Shown here: positions 9,896 to 19,000 of the stretch, in pieces
Position numbering within the stretch: position 1 is the first letter of the stretch
Layout: the number at the start of each line of letters is the position of its first letter
Source: a virus
Lineage: Duplodnaviria; Caudoviricetes
Reading direction: 5' to 3' (one strand)
Length of the DNA: 64,000 nt
Virus record (IMG/VR): IMGVR_UViG_3300043567_000723
Translations under genes and position numbers: made by a program
The notes under the pieces: generated by a model
Told to the model about the DNA's origin: nothing
The model's input: the letters and a program-made list of their open reading frames with translations, nothing else
The model's database searches: none

Positions 9896-10321
9896 ATGTC
9901 TACTGCAAATAACGCGCTCGTACAGAAAATCATCGATTACATCGGTTACTCCGATGCCGCGATGACCAAAGCCGCCGCCGCCGACAAGGCGCAGGTTGAA
10001 ACCAGCGAGAAGCTGGCCAGCCTGATCCCCGAAGCCGTAAAGGTGTGCGTGGAGAACGAGCGGATTGAAGCTCACCAGAAAGAAGCGCTCGCTGCAGCTC
10101 TTCAAGATCCGGTGCGCACAATGGAACTTGTTATCAAATTAGCTGCGCATAAAAACGCTGCTGAAATGGCTCGCCTTGGTACACCGGTCGCCACAAAGAC
10201 GGCCGGCTATGACCCGACGAGCAGCCTGACGAGCGGGTATGTGGGTGCCCGCGATGGTCGCCTCAAGGCTTCTGATGTGAAATTTTTCACTGGCCTTGGT
10301 CTCAACCCGCCCACTACCTGA
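9896..10321 (+). CDS. Head-module hypothetical protein
   Basis: ATG 9896 with SD; helical, with K-x-A motifs (EKLA, IKLA, HKNA, TKTA). Confidence 0.65.
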   Translation: MSTANNALVQKIIDYIGYSDAAMTKAAAADKAQVETSEKLASLIPEAVKVCVENERIEAHQKEALAAALQDPVRTMELVIKLAAHKNAAEMARLGTPVATKTAGYDPTSSLTSGYVGARDGRLKASDVKFFTGLGLNPPTT

Positions 10322-10358
10322 GTTTCGTCCCTTACCTGAACACGTTTCCAATTGCTAA

Positions 10359-10372
10359 AGACACGGAGGTCT
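10359..10372 (+). promoter_or_regulatory. SD in a CsrA-type hairpin AGAC-ACGGAG-GTCT
   Basis: 4-bp stem with ANGGAN hexaloop, directly upstream of ATG 10377. Confidence 0.65.
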
Positions 10373-10376
10373 AACA

Positions 10377-10964
10377 ATGCCTGCTCCTGATCTTATGTTT
10401 GAACACGGCCTTGACGTCAAAAAGGGCTGGTTTGATATGGCGTCCCTTGACTACTCGGCCAAGCTGAAAAGCACGGTCTCTTACGATGTTCCGCGCGGTC
10501 GCGTGGTGCATCTGCAGAAAGAGAGCGGCAAGGACGTTTTCGCCCCCGGTGTTTCCACCACGGGTGTTGCTATTTTCTTGCTGAACGGTTCGGCAGATGC
10601 TGACGTCAGCAATCCGGGTACCACAGCGTCCGGCGCCTTCATGCATCAGGCTGTTTCGCCCTCGGGCAAACTGTCGGGTCTTGTCGCGACCGGTGGTTAT
10701 GAAATTGCCACCACCGAGTACGTGAAGACGTCCGGCAATCCTGCTGTGGCCGTGGTTTACAGCCCCGGCGATCTTCTGACTGCTCCCACCACCGGCGGCT
10801 CGACTGTCGAGGGCGTGCTGACGAAAGCCAGCGCTGTGCAGTACGTAAACCCGGTTTGCGGTGTTGTTTCGAGCGGCGCGGCCAAGAACCACAATGGCGT
10901 GGACACGCTTTCCTTCTGGTGCGTGTACCTGCCGGCTGGCACCGCGGCGACAATCAACGCTTGA
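10377..10964 (+). CDS. Putative capsid decoration/cement protein
   Basis: 195 aa, Gly/Thr/Val beta-rich, immediately upstream of the major capsid gene. The YSPGDLLTA...GVL pattern is typical of head stabilising proteins. Confidence 0.6.
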   Translation: MPAPDLMFEHGLDVKKGWFDMASLDYSAKLKSTVSYDVPRGRVVHLQKESGKDVFAPGVSTTGVAIFLLNGSADADVSNPGTTASGAFMHQAVSPSGKLSGLVATGGYEIATTEYVKTSGNPAVAVVYSPGDLLTAPTTGGSTVEGVLTKASAVQYVNPVCGVVSSGAAKNHNGVDTLSFWCVYLPAGTAATINA

Positions 10965-10983
10965 TCTATCCCTAACTAATTCA

Positions 10984-10999
10984 GGAACATGGAGGTTCC
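10984..10999 (+). promoter_or_regulatory. SD in a CsrA-type hairpin GGAAC-ATGGAG-GTTCC, upstream of the major capsid gene
   Basis: Perfect 5-bp stem with ATGGAG hexaloop; ACATGGAGGT matches W-CANGGANG-W. Confidence 0.7.
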
Positions 11000-11003
11000 C
11001 AAA

Positions 11004-11930
11004 ATGCCCACTCAGCAAGAAATCCAACTGCTTAACGAGACGCTTTTTGAGCAGCTTGATACCCCCGGCATGCAAAAGCAGGCCATTGATGCGGTTAACG
11101 ATTTCACGCGCACCAAGATGCGTGAAGACGGGTTCTACCGGCGGATTATGCCGCCGCTGACTATCACCAACGACGAGCTGGACCGTCAGGTTGACACTGA
11201 CAAGCCCGTCAAGGTTGTGGACAAGGAGCCCGATTCCCCGGCGGCTGTGTCGCTTCCGTTCGCGACGCTCCCGATCAACTTCTACATCCGTGGCCCGCGC
11301 TACCGCGTCATGTTTGACCGGATCGTGTCGCCCCGCGCTGTGAAGGACGTCGACGAGCTGCGTACGTATGTCATCGACATCCGTCAGGTTCTGTCGGACA
11401 ACATGATCAAGGACATGCTGGCTGAAGAGGACGGCAAGTTTATTGCCGCCTTCAACGCCGTCCTGCCGACTGCTGGTGTTGCTAACGTCGCTAGCGGCGT
11501 TGTGCAGTACGAGGAGATCAGCGGTGGTATCACCCGCGAAACGCTGGTGGACGCCCTGAAGGTCATGCCGCGCACGCCGTCGCACTTTGAGGTTGAAACT
11601 TGCCTCGTGAATAACATCACGATCAAGGAACTCCTCAAGTTCGGCCGCGACGAAATGGGCGGTGACTTCTCGCAGGACATCATCAAGAACGGTTGGGCGG
11701 AAACCAACTTCCTCAACTGCCGCTGGATCGTCACGATCAAGCGCGACCTCGTTCCCGATGATGCCATGTTCATGTTCGCCTCGCCGAAGTTCATCGGCAA
11801 GAACTACGAGCTGGAGCCCACCACGATGTACATCCGTCGTGAGGCGTTCATGCTTGAGTACTTTGCGTATCAAACATCCGGCGGCTCGTTCGGCCATACG
11901 AACGGTCTCGCTCGGGTTGACTTCAAGTAA
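11004..11930 (+). CDS. Major capsid protein (HK97-fold, inferred)
   Basis: ~308 aa with strong C-ending codon bias. REDGFYRRIMPP...EPDS.A...F...YIRGPRYRVMFDRIVSP...KDVDELRTY..DIR pattern; follows protease, scaffold and decoration genes. Start set to ATG 11004 because the SD covers ATG 10989. Confidence 0.8.
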   Translation: MPTQQEIQLLNETLFEQLDTPGMQKQAIDAVNDFTRTKMREDGFYRRIMPPLTITNDELDRQVDTDKPVKVVDKEPDSPAAVSLPFATLPINFYIRGPRYRVMFDRIVSPRAVKDVDELRTYVIDIRQVLSDNMIKDMLAEEDGKFIAAFNAVLPTAGVANVASGVVQYEEISGGITRETLVDALKVMPRTPSHFEVETCLVNNITIKELLKFGRDEMGGDFSQDIIKNGWAETNFLNCRWIVTIKRDLVPDDAMFMFASPKFIGKNYELEPTTMYIRREAFMLEYFAYQTSGGSFGHTNGLARVDFK

Positions 11931-11965
11931 TGTCGTGTAAGGATTAACACCTAAAGGAGCACGTT

Positions 11966-12352
11966 ATGGATAACGTTAAAGAGGCGGCAGAGCAAGCGTA
12001 TGCCACCATCGTGGCGGAACTTGCCGCGCCGTATTTCTTCGAGAAGCTTGCCGCGCATGGGATTGCCCCGCGCACGGAAGGCGAGGCCGCAGAAATGTGG
12101 TCGGCCGCTTCCAAGCTTCATGTGCTCTACACGGCGGAGCAAGAAAAGGCCGCGGCTGCGCAAGCATCCGAGCTAGCTGCTACTAACCAGCAGCTGGACG
12201 CGATGCTTGCCGCCGCGGGCCTTGGCGGCACAGTTGAAAAGGCGGCTGCTTTCGGCGGCGCGGCTAACGTCGCAGCGGATCAACCTGAGATCGCTCAGGC
12301 TGTTCTGGTGCTTCAAGCCGCGGCTGCTACAGCTCTGCAAAGCGCATCTTGA
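11966..12352 (+). CDS. Ala-rich head-module protein
   Basis: AAAGGAG SD; K-x-A motifs (VKEA, FEKLA, QEKAA, VEKAA). Confidence 0.65.
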   Translation: MDNVKEAAEQAYATIVAELAAPYFFEKLAAHGIAPRTEGEAAEMWSAASKLHVLYTAEQEKAAAAQASELAATNQQLDAMLAAAGLGGTVEKAAAFGGAANVAADQPEIAQAVLVLQAAAATALQSAS

Positions 12353-12370
12353 AGAATGGAGTAACTAACA

Positions 12371-12694
12371 ATGCCAGTACCCGGTTTATACACGACAGTT
12401 AAGAACACTTCGGGCGCTGCCCGCGTGTTCGGTTTCCTTGGCGCCCACGGCAAGCGGCTCGAATCAAACGCAACCTACACGGTTCCGGGCGATCTCGTGG
12501 CTAAGCTTGGCAACGGCGGTAGGGACAGTCAGCGACAATTCAAGGCGCTTGAAAAGGCCCTTGAAACAAACAAGATCGACATTTTAAGCTCGCCCGCTGT
12601 TTACCTGCTCGACGCGAACGACAATAGCGTCGATCAGCTGCGGGTCAACGCCAACACTCTCGGCACGGTAACGCCGCCGACAGGTTGGACTTGA
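12371..12694 (+). CDS. Hypothetical head protein (107 aa)
   Basis: GGAG SD; last gene before a strong hairpin. Confidence 0.6.
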   Translation: MPVPGLYTTVKNTSGAARVFGFLGAHGKRLESNATYTVPGDLVAKLGNGGRDSQRQFKALEKALETNKIDILSSPAVYLLDANDNSVDQLRVNANTLGTVTPPTGWT

Positions 12695-12721
12695 TTAAAA
12701 GCAAATCGGTCTGAATCTTTA

Positions 12722-12753
12722 CAAGGGCTGGCTGCGTAAGCGGCCAGCCCTTG
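12722..12753 (+). terminator. Terminator/stabilising hairpin ending the head operon
   Basis: CAAGGGCTGGCTGC-GTAA-GCGGCCAGCCCTTG: 14-bp stem with GNRA loop; the U tract is weak. Confidence 0.7.
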
Positions 12754-12758
12754 CTGTT

Positions 12759-12784
12759 TGTATACTAGAGCTATAGCACGGAGG
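12759..12784 (+). promoter_or_regulatory. Putative -10 element (TGTATACT) and CACGGAGG SD for the neck operon
   Basis: TATACT at 12761-12766; CANGGANG at 12777-12784 (stem weak). Confidence 0.45.
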
Positions 12785-12789
12785 GATAT

Positions 12790-13782
12790 ATGGTCGTTAT
12801 TGCCACACCCGTTTCTCATCCCATTGTCCCGTGTTGCTCTGGCGACAGCGCCGGTCAGCAGGTAGCGCCAGTCGCTTGCGCGACACAGAACGTCATAAGC
12901 GCGCCCGTCTCGACGGTTAACGGGAAACCGCTGCTGACCCGCATGCGCGCCATTACCGTCACACAGGGCCAATGCGCCACAGTTGCGTGGCAGCTACACG
13001 ACCGAGAAGGTCACCCCGTTAATATCGCGCCATGCGTAACAAGCAATAACTTTAAAATCGTTTTACGGTTAAAAGAACAGTTATCTCTCGGCAATCAGAA
13101 CGCACCTGTAGAGGTTAACGCGACTATTGTCGACGCGGCGACCGGTAAAGTTTCCGCATCACTGACATCCGCCATGACAGGCGTACCCGGTGTGTACTAC
13201 GGCGAAATGGCGATGGTGAGCGTGCCCGCGCAATTGAGTCAGCAACCGTGCGTGATCTTTTCAAACACGTTTTCGCTGATCATTGCGCGCAGCACGTTTG
13301 ACAGCGTAAACCAGATCGGCGGGCCGCCCAGTATCGCCGAAATTCGGCTGCACCTGCGGGACTCAGCGCCGGGCGAGAGCTTTCTTTTAGATAACCTCAT
13401 GTTTGACGACGCAGAAATTGCGCTGGCGATTGCGCGACCGGTTCAGTACTGGAATGAAGTGCCGCCGCCGATTGACGCTGTATACAACACGCAATCATTT
13501 CCGTTTAGATATCATTGGCTGGAAGGTATATGCGCCAATCTGTTTTTAATGGTGGCGGAACAATTTAGGCGCAATCAGCTCGACTATACCGCGGCCGGGT
13601 TGTCAATTAACGACCAGAATAAAGAGTCGGGATATGAGCGCGCAGGCCAAACACGGTGGCAGGCGTACCGCGAGTGGGTGCGGGCTACAAAGGCTAGCAT
13701 CAATCTGGAAGGCTGCTACGGCGAAGTCTCGTCGTCGTATAAATATTCTTCGTACACCGACGCGCTTCGTATACGTTATTGA
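12790..13782 (+). CDS. Putative head-tail adaptor/neck protein
   Basis: Position after capsid genes. N-terminal beta-sandwich; C-terminal EIRLHLRD...FDDAEIALAI...YWNEVPPP, as in head completion proteins. Confidence 0.55.
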   Translation: MVVIATPVSHPIVPCCSGDSAGQQVAPVACATQNVISAPVSTVNGKPLLTRMRAITVTQGQCATVAWQLHDREGHPVNIAPCVTSNNFKIVLRLKEQLSLGNQNAPVEVNATIVDAATGKVSASLTSAMTGVPGVYYGEMAMVSVPAQLSQQPCVIFSNTFSLIIARSTFDSVNQIGGPPSIAEIRLHLRDSAPGESFLLDNLMFDDAEIALAIARPVQYWNEVPPPIDAVYNTQSFPFRYHWLEGICANLFLMVAEQFRRNQLDYTAAGLSINDQNKESGYERAGQTRWQAYREWVRATKASINLEGCYGEVSSSYKYSSYTDALRIRY

Positions 13783-13835
13783 TGTTGTGAGTGGGTTAAC
13801 ATAACTATTCCCGTCTAAACCGCGCGAAACGTCAA

Positions 13836-15083
13836 ATGCCTCAATCTGTTGTTTTTCCCTTCCGTCGCGTATCTGTGGATCATATGGTCCGCGGTACAAC
13901 ACGTGTTTGGTGGCAATTAGACCGGGTATTTAATCAACCCGGCCCGTATGTCTTTCAACTGCAATTAGGCAAAACCGGTTTAAGAGACGCAGCCGACTGG
14001 GTAAATATCGGCCCGCCAGTTGTAAACGGTTACGCGGCTTACGACCCTATTTGGCGCGAAGCCGGCTACGACCTACTCGACCATTATCGCGTAGTTCTTA
14101 CGACGCCTACTGATGTTTACGTCTCGCAGGCAGCTAGTTGCTTCGGAGATTTACCGGAGCGCGACTGGACGTTAGCGCGTGAAATTATCAGAAAAGAGCA
14201 ATTGCGGTTTCAGTATGTTGCCACGCCGGGTTACCTATTAAAACCATTCCGCTTTGGTAAACCATGCCGTAGATGCCGCGACGAGCTAACGCAAGAAGTA
14301 CTAGACTCTGACTGCCCTGTTTGTAGCGGTACGGGTTTTGAAGTTGGATATCACCCGCCGCTTGCGCTGCAGTGCTGGGATATCTCGCCGCAAACAATTC
14401 AAGAAGATGTAGACGCAAACATAAAGGGTTCGACACGAGAAAGCCCGTATATCACAGCCCGCGTCATCGGTTTCCCTGCAATTAACAAAAACGATATTTG
14501 GGTAAACGGATCTAGCGACGAACGATGGCTAGTTGAAACAATTCAAATAGGCGCGGCAATTCGGAACGTGCCGATTGTTTACCAGATTAAATTAGGTCTA
14601 ATTCCGTTTAGCAACACAGCGTACGCTATCGAAATCGGTGGAGAGCCAGCCGCGCGCGTAGGCCCGACATTGCCGATAGAAGGCTGTGGGGCTATTCCGG
14701 TCGACCACAATCACGGCGGGCTGGATGAGCTTGTTTACAAAGATGCAAGCGATTGCCCTATTGTGGGTGCGCGTGTGTATATCTTTGACAAAACCATATT
14801 TGAAATTAGCGGCGCGCAGACGTCAAAGACATTAGCGCTTGGCAGCACAACGACAACCGCAAACGGGCGCTGGACGCAATCGCTTAACCTAGACCCGGGC
14901 GAATATGCCGTAATGTTTGAAAAGCCGGGAGAATACGGTCCGGATGCTACTTTTATCGTCGTTACTTCTCCTTCTGCTCCGTTAGCTGTTTCATTACCGG
15001 CGCCAGAAGTTATTTCAGTCGTTACGCCGCCGCCAGTTGTTGCAGCGCCGGTTAAAGCTGTAAATGATTTTTGGGAGATATAA
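13836..15083 (+). CDS. Putative neck/head-closure protein with Zn finger and C-terminal Ig-like domain
   Basis: CRRC...CPVCSGTGF motif; C-terminal PIVGARVYIF...TTTANGRW...LDPGEY carboxypeptidase-regulatory-like domain. Confidence 0.55.
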   Translation: MPQSVVFPFRRVSVDHMVRGTTRVWWQLDRVFNQPGPYVFQLQLGKTGLRDAADWVNIGPPVVNGYAAYDPIWREAGYDLLDHYRVVLTTPTDVYVSQAASCFGDLPERDWTLAREIIRKEQLRFQYVATPGYLLKPFRFGKPCRRCRDELTQEVLDSDCPVCSGTGFEVGYHPPLALQCWDISPQTIQEDVDANIKGSTRESPYITARVIGFPAINKNDIWVNGSSDERWLVETIQIGAAIRNVPIVYQIKLGLIPFSNTAYAIEIGGEPAARVGPTLPIEGCGAIPVDHNHGGLDELVYKDASDCPIVGARVYIFDKTIFEISGAQTSKTLALGSTTTTANGRWTQSLNLDPGEYAVMFEKPGEYGPDATFIVVTSPSAPLAVSLPAPEVISVVTPPPVVAAPVKAVNDFWEI

Positions 15084-15239
15084 GTGGAGAAAAAAATTAA
15101 CCCTGCCGAACCGTTATTGAGCCGTGTTGCTGTTGGGTTAGATAAACTAAAAATAGGCGAAAAGATCAAACTTTTCACCGAGAGTAAAAAGGATCATTTA
15201 CGTGAGTACTTGCGACGAACCAAATCCGCCAGAAATTGA
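15084..15239 (+). CDS. Small basic hypothetical protein (51 aa), not in the ORF track
   Basis: GTG directly after the upstream TAA, GGGAG SD, open to TGA 15237-15239 (MEKKINPAEPLL...RRTKSARN). Confidence 0.4.
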   Translation: MEKKINPAEPLLSRVAVGLDKLKIGEKIKLFTESKKDHLREYLRRTKSARN

Positions 15240-15912
15240 AGCGCAGTTCCCGGCTGGAAGCACACCAGAAAACCGTGTAGAGCGCGTCAGTTCGCTTTGT
15301 TCTTACGGTATGCGCCCGCACGTAATGACCGGTCTTTTGCGGCAGTTAATTATCGGGCACTTCTCTGACCCGGATAATATTGAAGAGCCGCGTATTCGCA
15401 GACATATTCAAACGTTGGGCGCGTGGAAGCCAACAGATACCGGCGACAACAACGGCGGTATTTTAGTCGAGAGCATAACACGCTGGGCGCCGAATACTGC
15501 CGACAAACGACCGGCTGTATTAATTAAACGAAATGGTTGGAAATGGCAGCGACAGGGTATTGGTGACATCATAAGTCAGAATGATTATACTGGAGCTGTA
15601 AGCTATGCCGGGCTGTGGGAAGGTAGTCACACGCTGTACTGCCTAGCACAAAACGGCGCCGAAACTGAATTTTTGGCGACTGAAGTTATCAAATTCTTGG
15701 TAATGTTCTCGCCGCTGATTCGGGAACAAATGGATTTGTTTAGATTTTACATCGCCGAAGTTGGCGGTATAGGAGAAATTCAAGAGGTTGTTCAGGGGTA
15801 TGCCGTCCCTGTCACCGTTGCGTACGTTGCCGAGGAAGCTTGGACGCTCCAGCCGTACGCGCCGCGCCTAAAGCGGATTGTCTTCAAGGCATCAGATTTA
15901 CTGTCTTGTTAA
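15202..15912 (+). CDS. Putative tail terminator/completion protein
   Basis: Immediately upstream of the sheath gene. The RPAVLIKRNGWKW...HTLYCLA..GAETEFLA pattern is typical of tail completion proteins. Confidence 0.55.
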   Translation: MSTCDEPNPPEIEAQFPAGSTPENRVERVSSLCSYGMRPHVMTGLLRQLIIGHFSDPDNIEEPRIRRHIQTLGAWKPTDTGDNNGGILVESITRWAPNTADKRPAVLIKRNGWKWQRQGIGDIISQNDYTGAVSYAGLWEGSHTLYCLAQNGAETEFLATEVIKFLVMFSPLIREQMDLFRFYIAEVGGIGEIQEVVQGYAVPVTVAYVAEEAWTLQPYAPRLKRIVFKASDLLSC

Positions 15913-15954
15913 CAAATTTTTATGGTGGGTGTTTTTTTATTGAAAGCGGAGTTG

Positions 15955-16009
15955 TGTATACTACGCTCTGAACGCCACACCGCACACACGATATTTAGGC
16001 ACGGAGGCT
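15955..16009 (+). promoter_or_regulatory. Putative -10 element (TGTATACT) and CsrA-type SD hairpin GGC-ACGGAG-GCT for the sheath gene
   Basis: TATACT at 15957-15962; CANGGANG at 16000-16007. Confidence 0.5.
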
Positions 16010-16014
16010 GACGC

Positions 16015-19000
16015 ATGTCGAGCTACGTAAAACCCCAAGTTCTCGTTTTCCAAGAATTTCGTATTGTTCCCACGGAGATCACCGAGCCGCTGCGCGCCCA
16101 CATTGCTGGCCCGCACGCCGTTCTCCACCGCTATAGCGACGTCGATGAGAAACCCGATTGTCTTTTAGGCGCTTATGATCGCTTAAATGACACATGCTAC
16201 ACGTGGCCGCAGCGTCTCGCCGGTTCGCAAGTCGACCGCGATTACGTAAAGCTGTACATCGACGACGCAATGCTGCGTTACTACAACCACACGATGGGCG
16301 ATGGCAACACCATCATCACATCCGTAGTGGGCAAAGCAAACTGGATCCAGTCGAGCAACCTGTCGTTTAAGACGAACACGTCGGCGTATCCGCGCTCGTC
16401 CGCATTCTACGACCGTGACGTTCAGCTTGGCGACGTTGTGAAGCTGCGTATCGTAAGCGCCGACAACAACTGCAACGAGACGGTACTTGAAACGTATGTC
16501 ACTGGTTTTGCCAGCGACCTCGTTCCGTCGCGTATTCTCCCCGCTTACGAAGACGTCGCCAACGCGTCGTCGTATTCCGCCGCGTCTAGCACGGGTGTAG
16601 ACGTAACTGCGACGCAGATTGCCGGCACTGATAATAACGTAGCCGTAGCTGTACTAGATACAACTACAGCCGGCGCTACAATCTATAACGGACTCGTTGA
16701 CGGCTATGTTAACGAAGAGTACGTTGTTGAAGTTATCAAGAGCACAATTTCGGGCTGCAACGCTGCTCGTCTGCGTGTCACATCTGCGAGCGGCACAGAC
16801 GATCAGGCTGAAATCACGCCGAATACGATGGATACGGGCGACCTGTCCAACGTCACATTCATCGGCACGCGCGGCCTCTCCGTTCGGTTCACAACGACCG
16901 GCACCGACGACTTTGTGGTCGGTCAGCAGTGGCGCTTTGTTGTCCGTCAGACATTTGAGCCTGTCACGGCTACTTCTACCGCTGACGGTACTCTTGTAAC
17001 AGAGACGTCCGTAACTGGTGTTGCTGGTGAGGTTGACATTCTCGGCGCTTATGCTGGTGCCAAGAACGACGTCTACATCATCGAGTGCACCAAGGGCGGT
17101 GTCTGGGCTCAGCTGCCCGAGATCATGATCCGCACGGCGAAGGGCTTGGACTTCTCTGGTCCGACCGAAGTAACCGGCGACGGCGAAGGTAGTGACTCTG
17201 TTGCTGTGCCGATCGGTACTAACGGTGTTAAGGTGAAGTTCCTTGGCGCAACAAACGCGTCTGGCGACGCTGTTGCCGGTCTGCGCAAGGGCGACAAGTG
17301 GTACATCACTGTTAACTCCAGCCAAGCTGGTCCGGTCAAGAAGCTCATCCTTCGCGACGACCTGCCCACCAGCATGCTTGCCAAAGACGGCCTGCCTGTC
17401 GATAAGGTCGGCGTGGTTAATGTCAGCGCGTCTGGCACTGGCTACACGTCGGCCCCGACTGTTACTTTCTCGGCGGCTCCGCTCGGCGGCGTAACAGCCA
17501 CTGGTACTGCTGTGCTGGGAACTGGCGCGAACGCCGCCAAGGTTGTTAGCGTGACGATCACGAATCGTGGCTCTGGCTATGTAACCGCCCCGACTGTCAC
17601 GTTTAGCGGTGGCGCAGGAACCGGCGCCGCAGCTACAGCTGCGCTTATCAGCGGCGAGGATATGGATCTGGAGTTGTTCATCAAGGACAACATTCAGGTA
17701 TCCAAGAATCGCGTTGGTTTTGCGCCGATGACTAACTACTTCCTCGAAGACACGCAGATCTGCGTGCAGGAAGGCATCGTTGCTTACCACCCCGAGTGGA
17801 CAAGCGCCGGCGCTGAGCAGCCGCTGAATGTTATGAGCGGCAAGGTTTATGTTGAATACCGCGAGTTCCTCTCGGAGCTGGCTGATCAAGTTAACTCGAT
17901 CAGCGACGTGGCTGACCTCGATCAAATCAAGGGTCAGTTAGATCCTGATAACCCGATGAAGTGGGGCGTCTACAAAGCGCTTTCGAACAGCAACGGCACT
18001 GTAGTAAAGTACACAGCCGTAGTTGAGCCGGGCGATCTGGACAGCTGGGTGCAGGTGCTGGAGCGCATCAAGGGTCGCGACGACATGTATAACCTTGTCC
18101 CGCTGACGTTTGATCGTCGTGTTCACAATCTGTGGGCTGCTCATATCGGCGCTGAGTCGAATGAATACGCCAACAATTGGAAGGCCGGCTTCTTCGCGCT
18201 CAAGGCTGTTCCGGTTGTGAAGGTTTCTGGCGAAGGCGTGCCGGTTAACGGCGTGCTGGGCACAGAGGTCACCACACCGGTATTAGCGACACTCGCGGAC
18301 GATCCGAATGCCACGAACACGCAGTACACAAAGCTGACTGTTACATCTGGCAACGGCTACTTCATCACGAATGACGTGCGCCCCGGCGACATCGTTCGTT
18401 ACAACTTCTCGGTCGACGGTTTCGGCGACGAGCAGTACGAAGAGTACGTTGTTGATCAGGTCCTGTCCGAGTCGACCCTGCTGCTTTACTCCGGCGCTGA
18501 CGCCGCTGTAACAGTTCCGCAGCGCGTCGAGATCTCCCACAACCGTAACCGCAACGAAATTGCGGAAGACATCGCCACAGCGGCTGGTGGTCTTTCCAAT
18601 CGTCGCGTGTGCGCCGTGTGGCCGGATCAGGTAGGCGAAGCTGGCGTATCGCAGCCCGGTTATTACCTTGCTGCAGCGCTCGCTGGTCTTGTCAGCGGCG
18701 TGGTACCCCATCAGCCCCTCACGAACGTAGAGGTCGCCGGTTTCGACGACTACACACGGTCGTACAAGTACTTCAACGAAACGCAGCTGAACCGTATGGC
18801 TGAAGCTGGTACGTGGATTGTGACAGAAGACCGTGACGGAACACCGCACACGCGGCACGCCGTCACAACGGATAACCTCGACCTGAATCGTCGGGAAGAG
18901 ATGATCCGCCGCAATGTTGACAGCATGTCCTACTTGTTCCTGCGTCGCCTGCGTCCGTTCATCGGCCGCACCAACGCGCAAGAGGGCATGGTTCGTCGGC

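Noticed and set aside
10371-11897. 508-aa minus-strand ORF
   Set aside because: Antisense shadow of the decoration and capsid genes caused by their strong codon bias; no SD and no protein-like motifs.
15940-15962. Canonical sigma70 promoter TTGAAA...TATACT
   Set aside because: Spacer is only 11 nt; only the -10-like element was kept.
16654-17925. 423-aa minus-strand ORF, and similar antisense ORFs over the scaffold, sheath and spike genes
   Set aside because: Shadow ORFs opposite well-supported structural genes.
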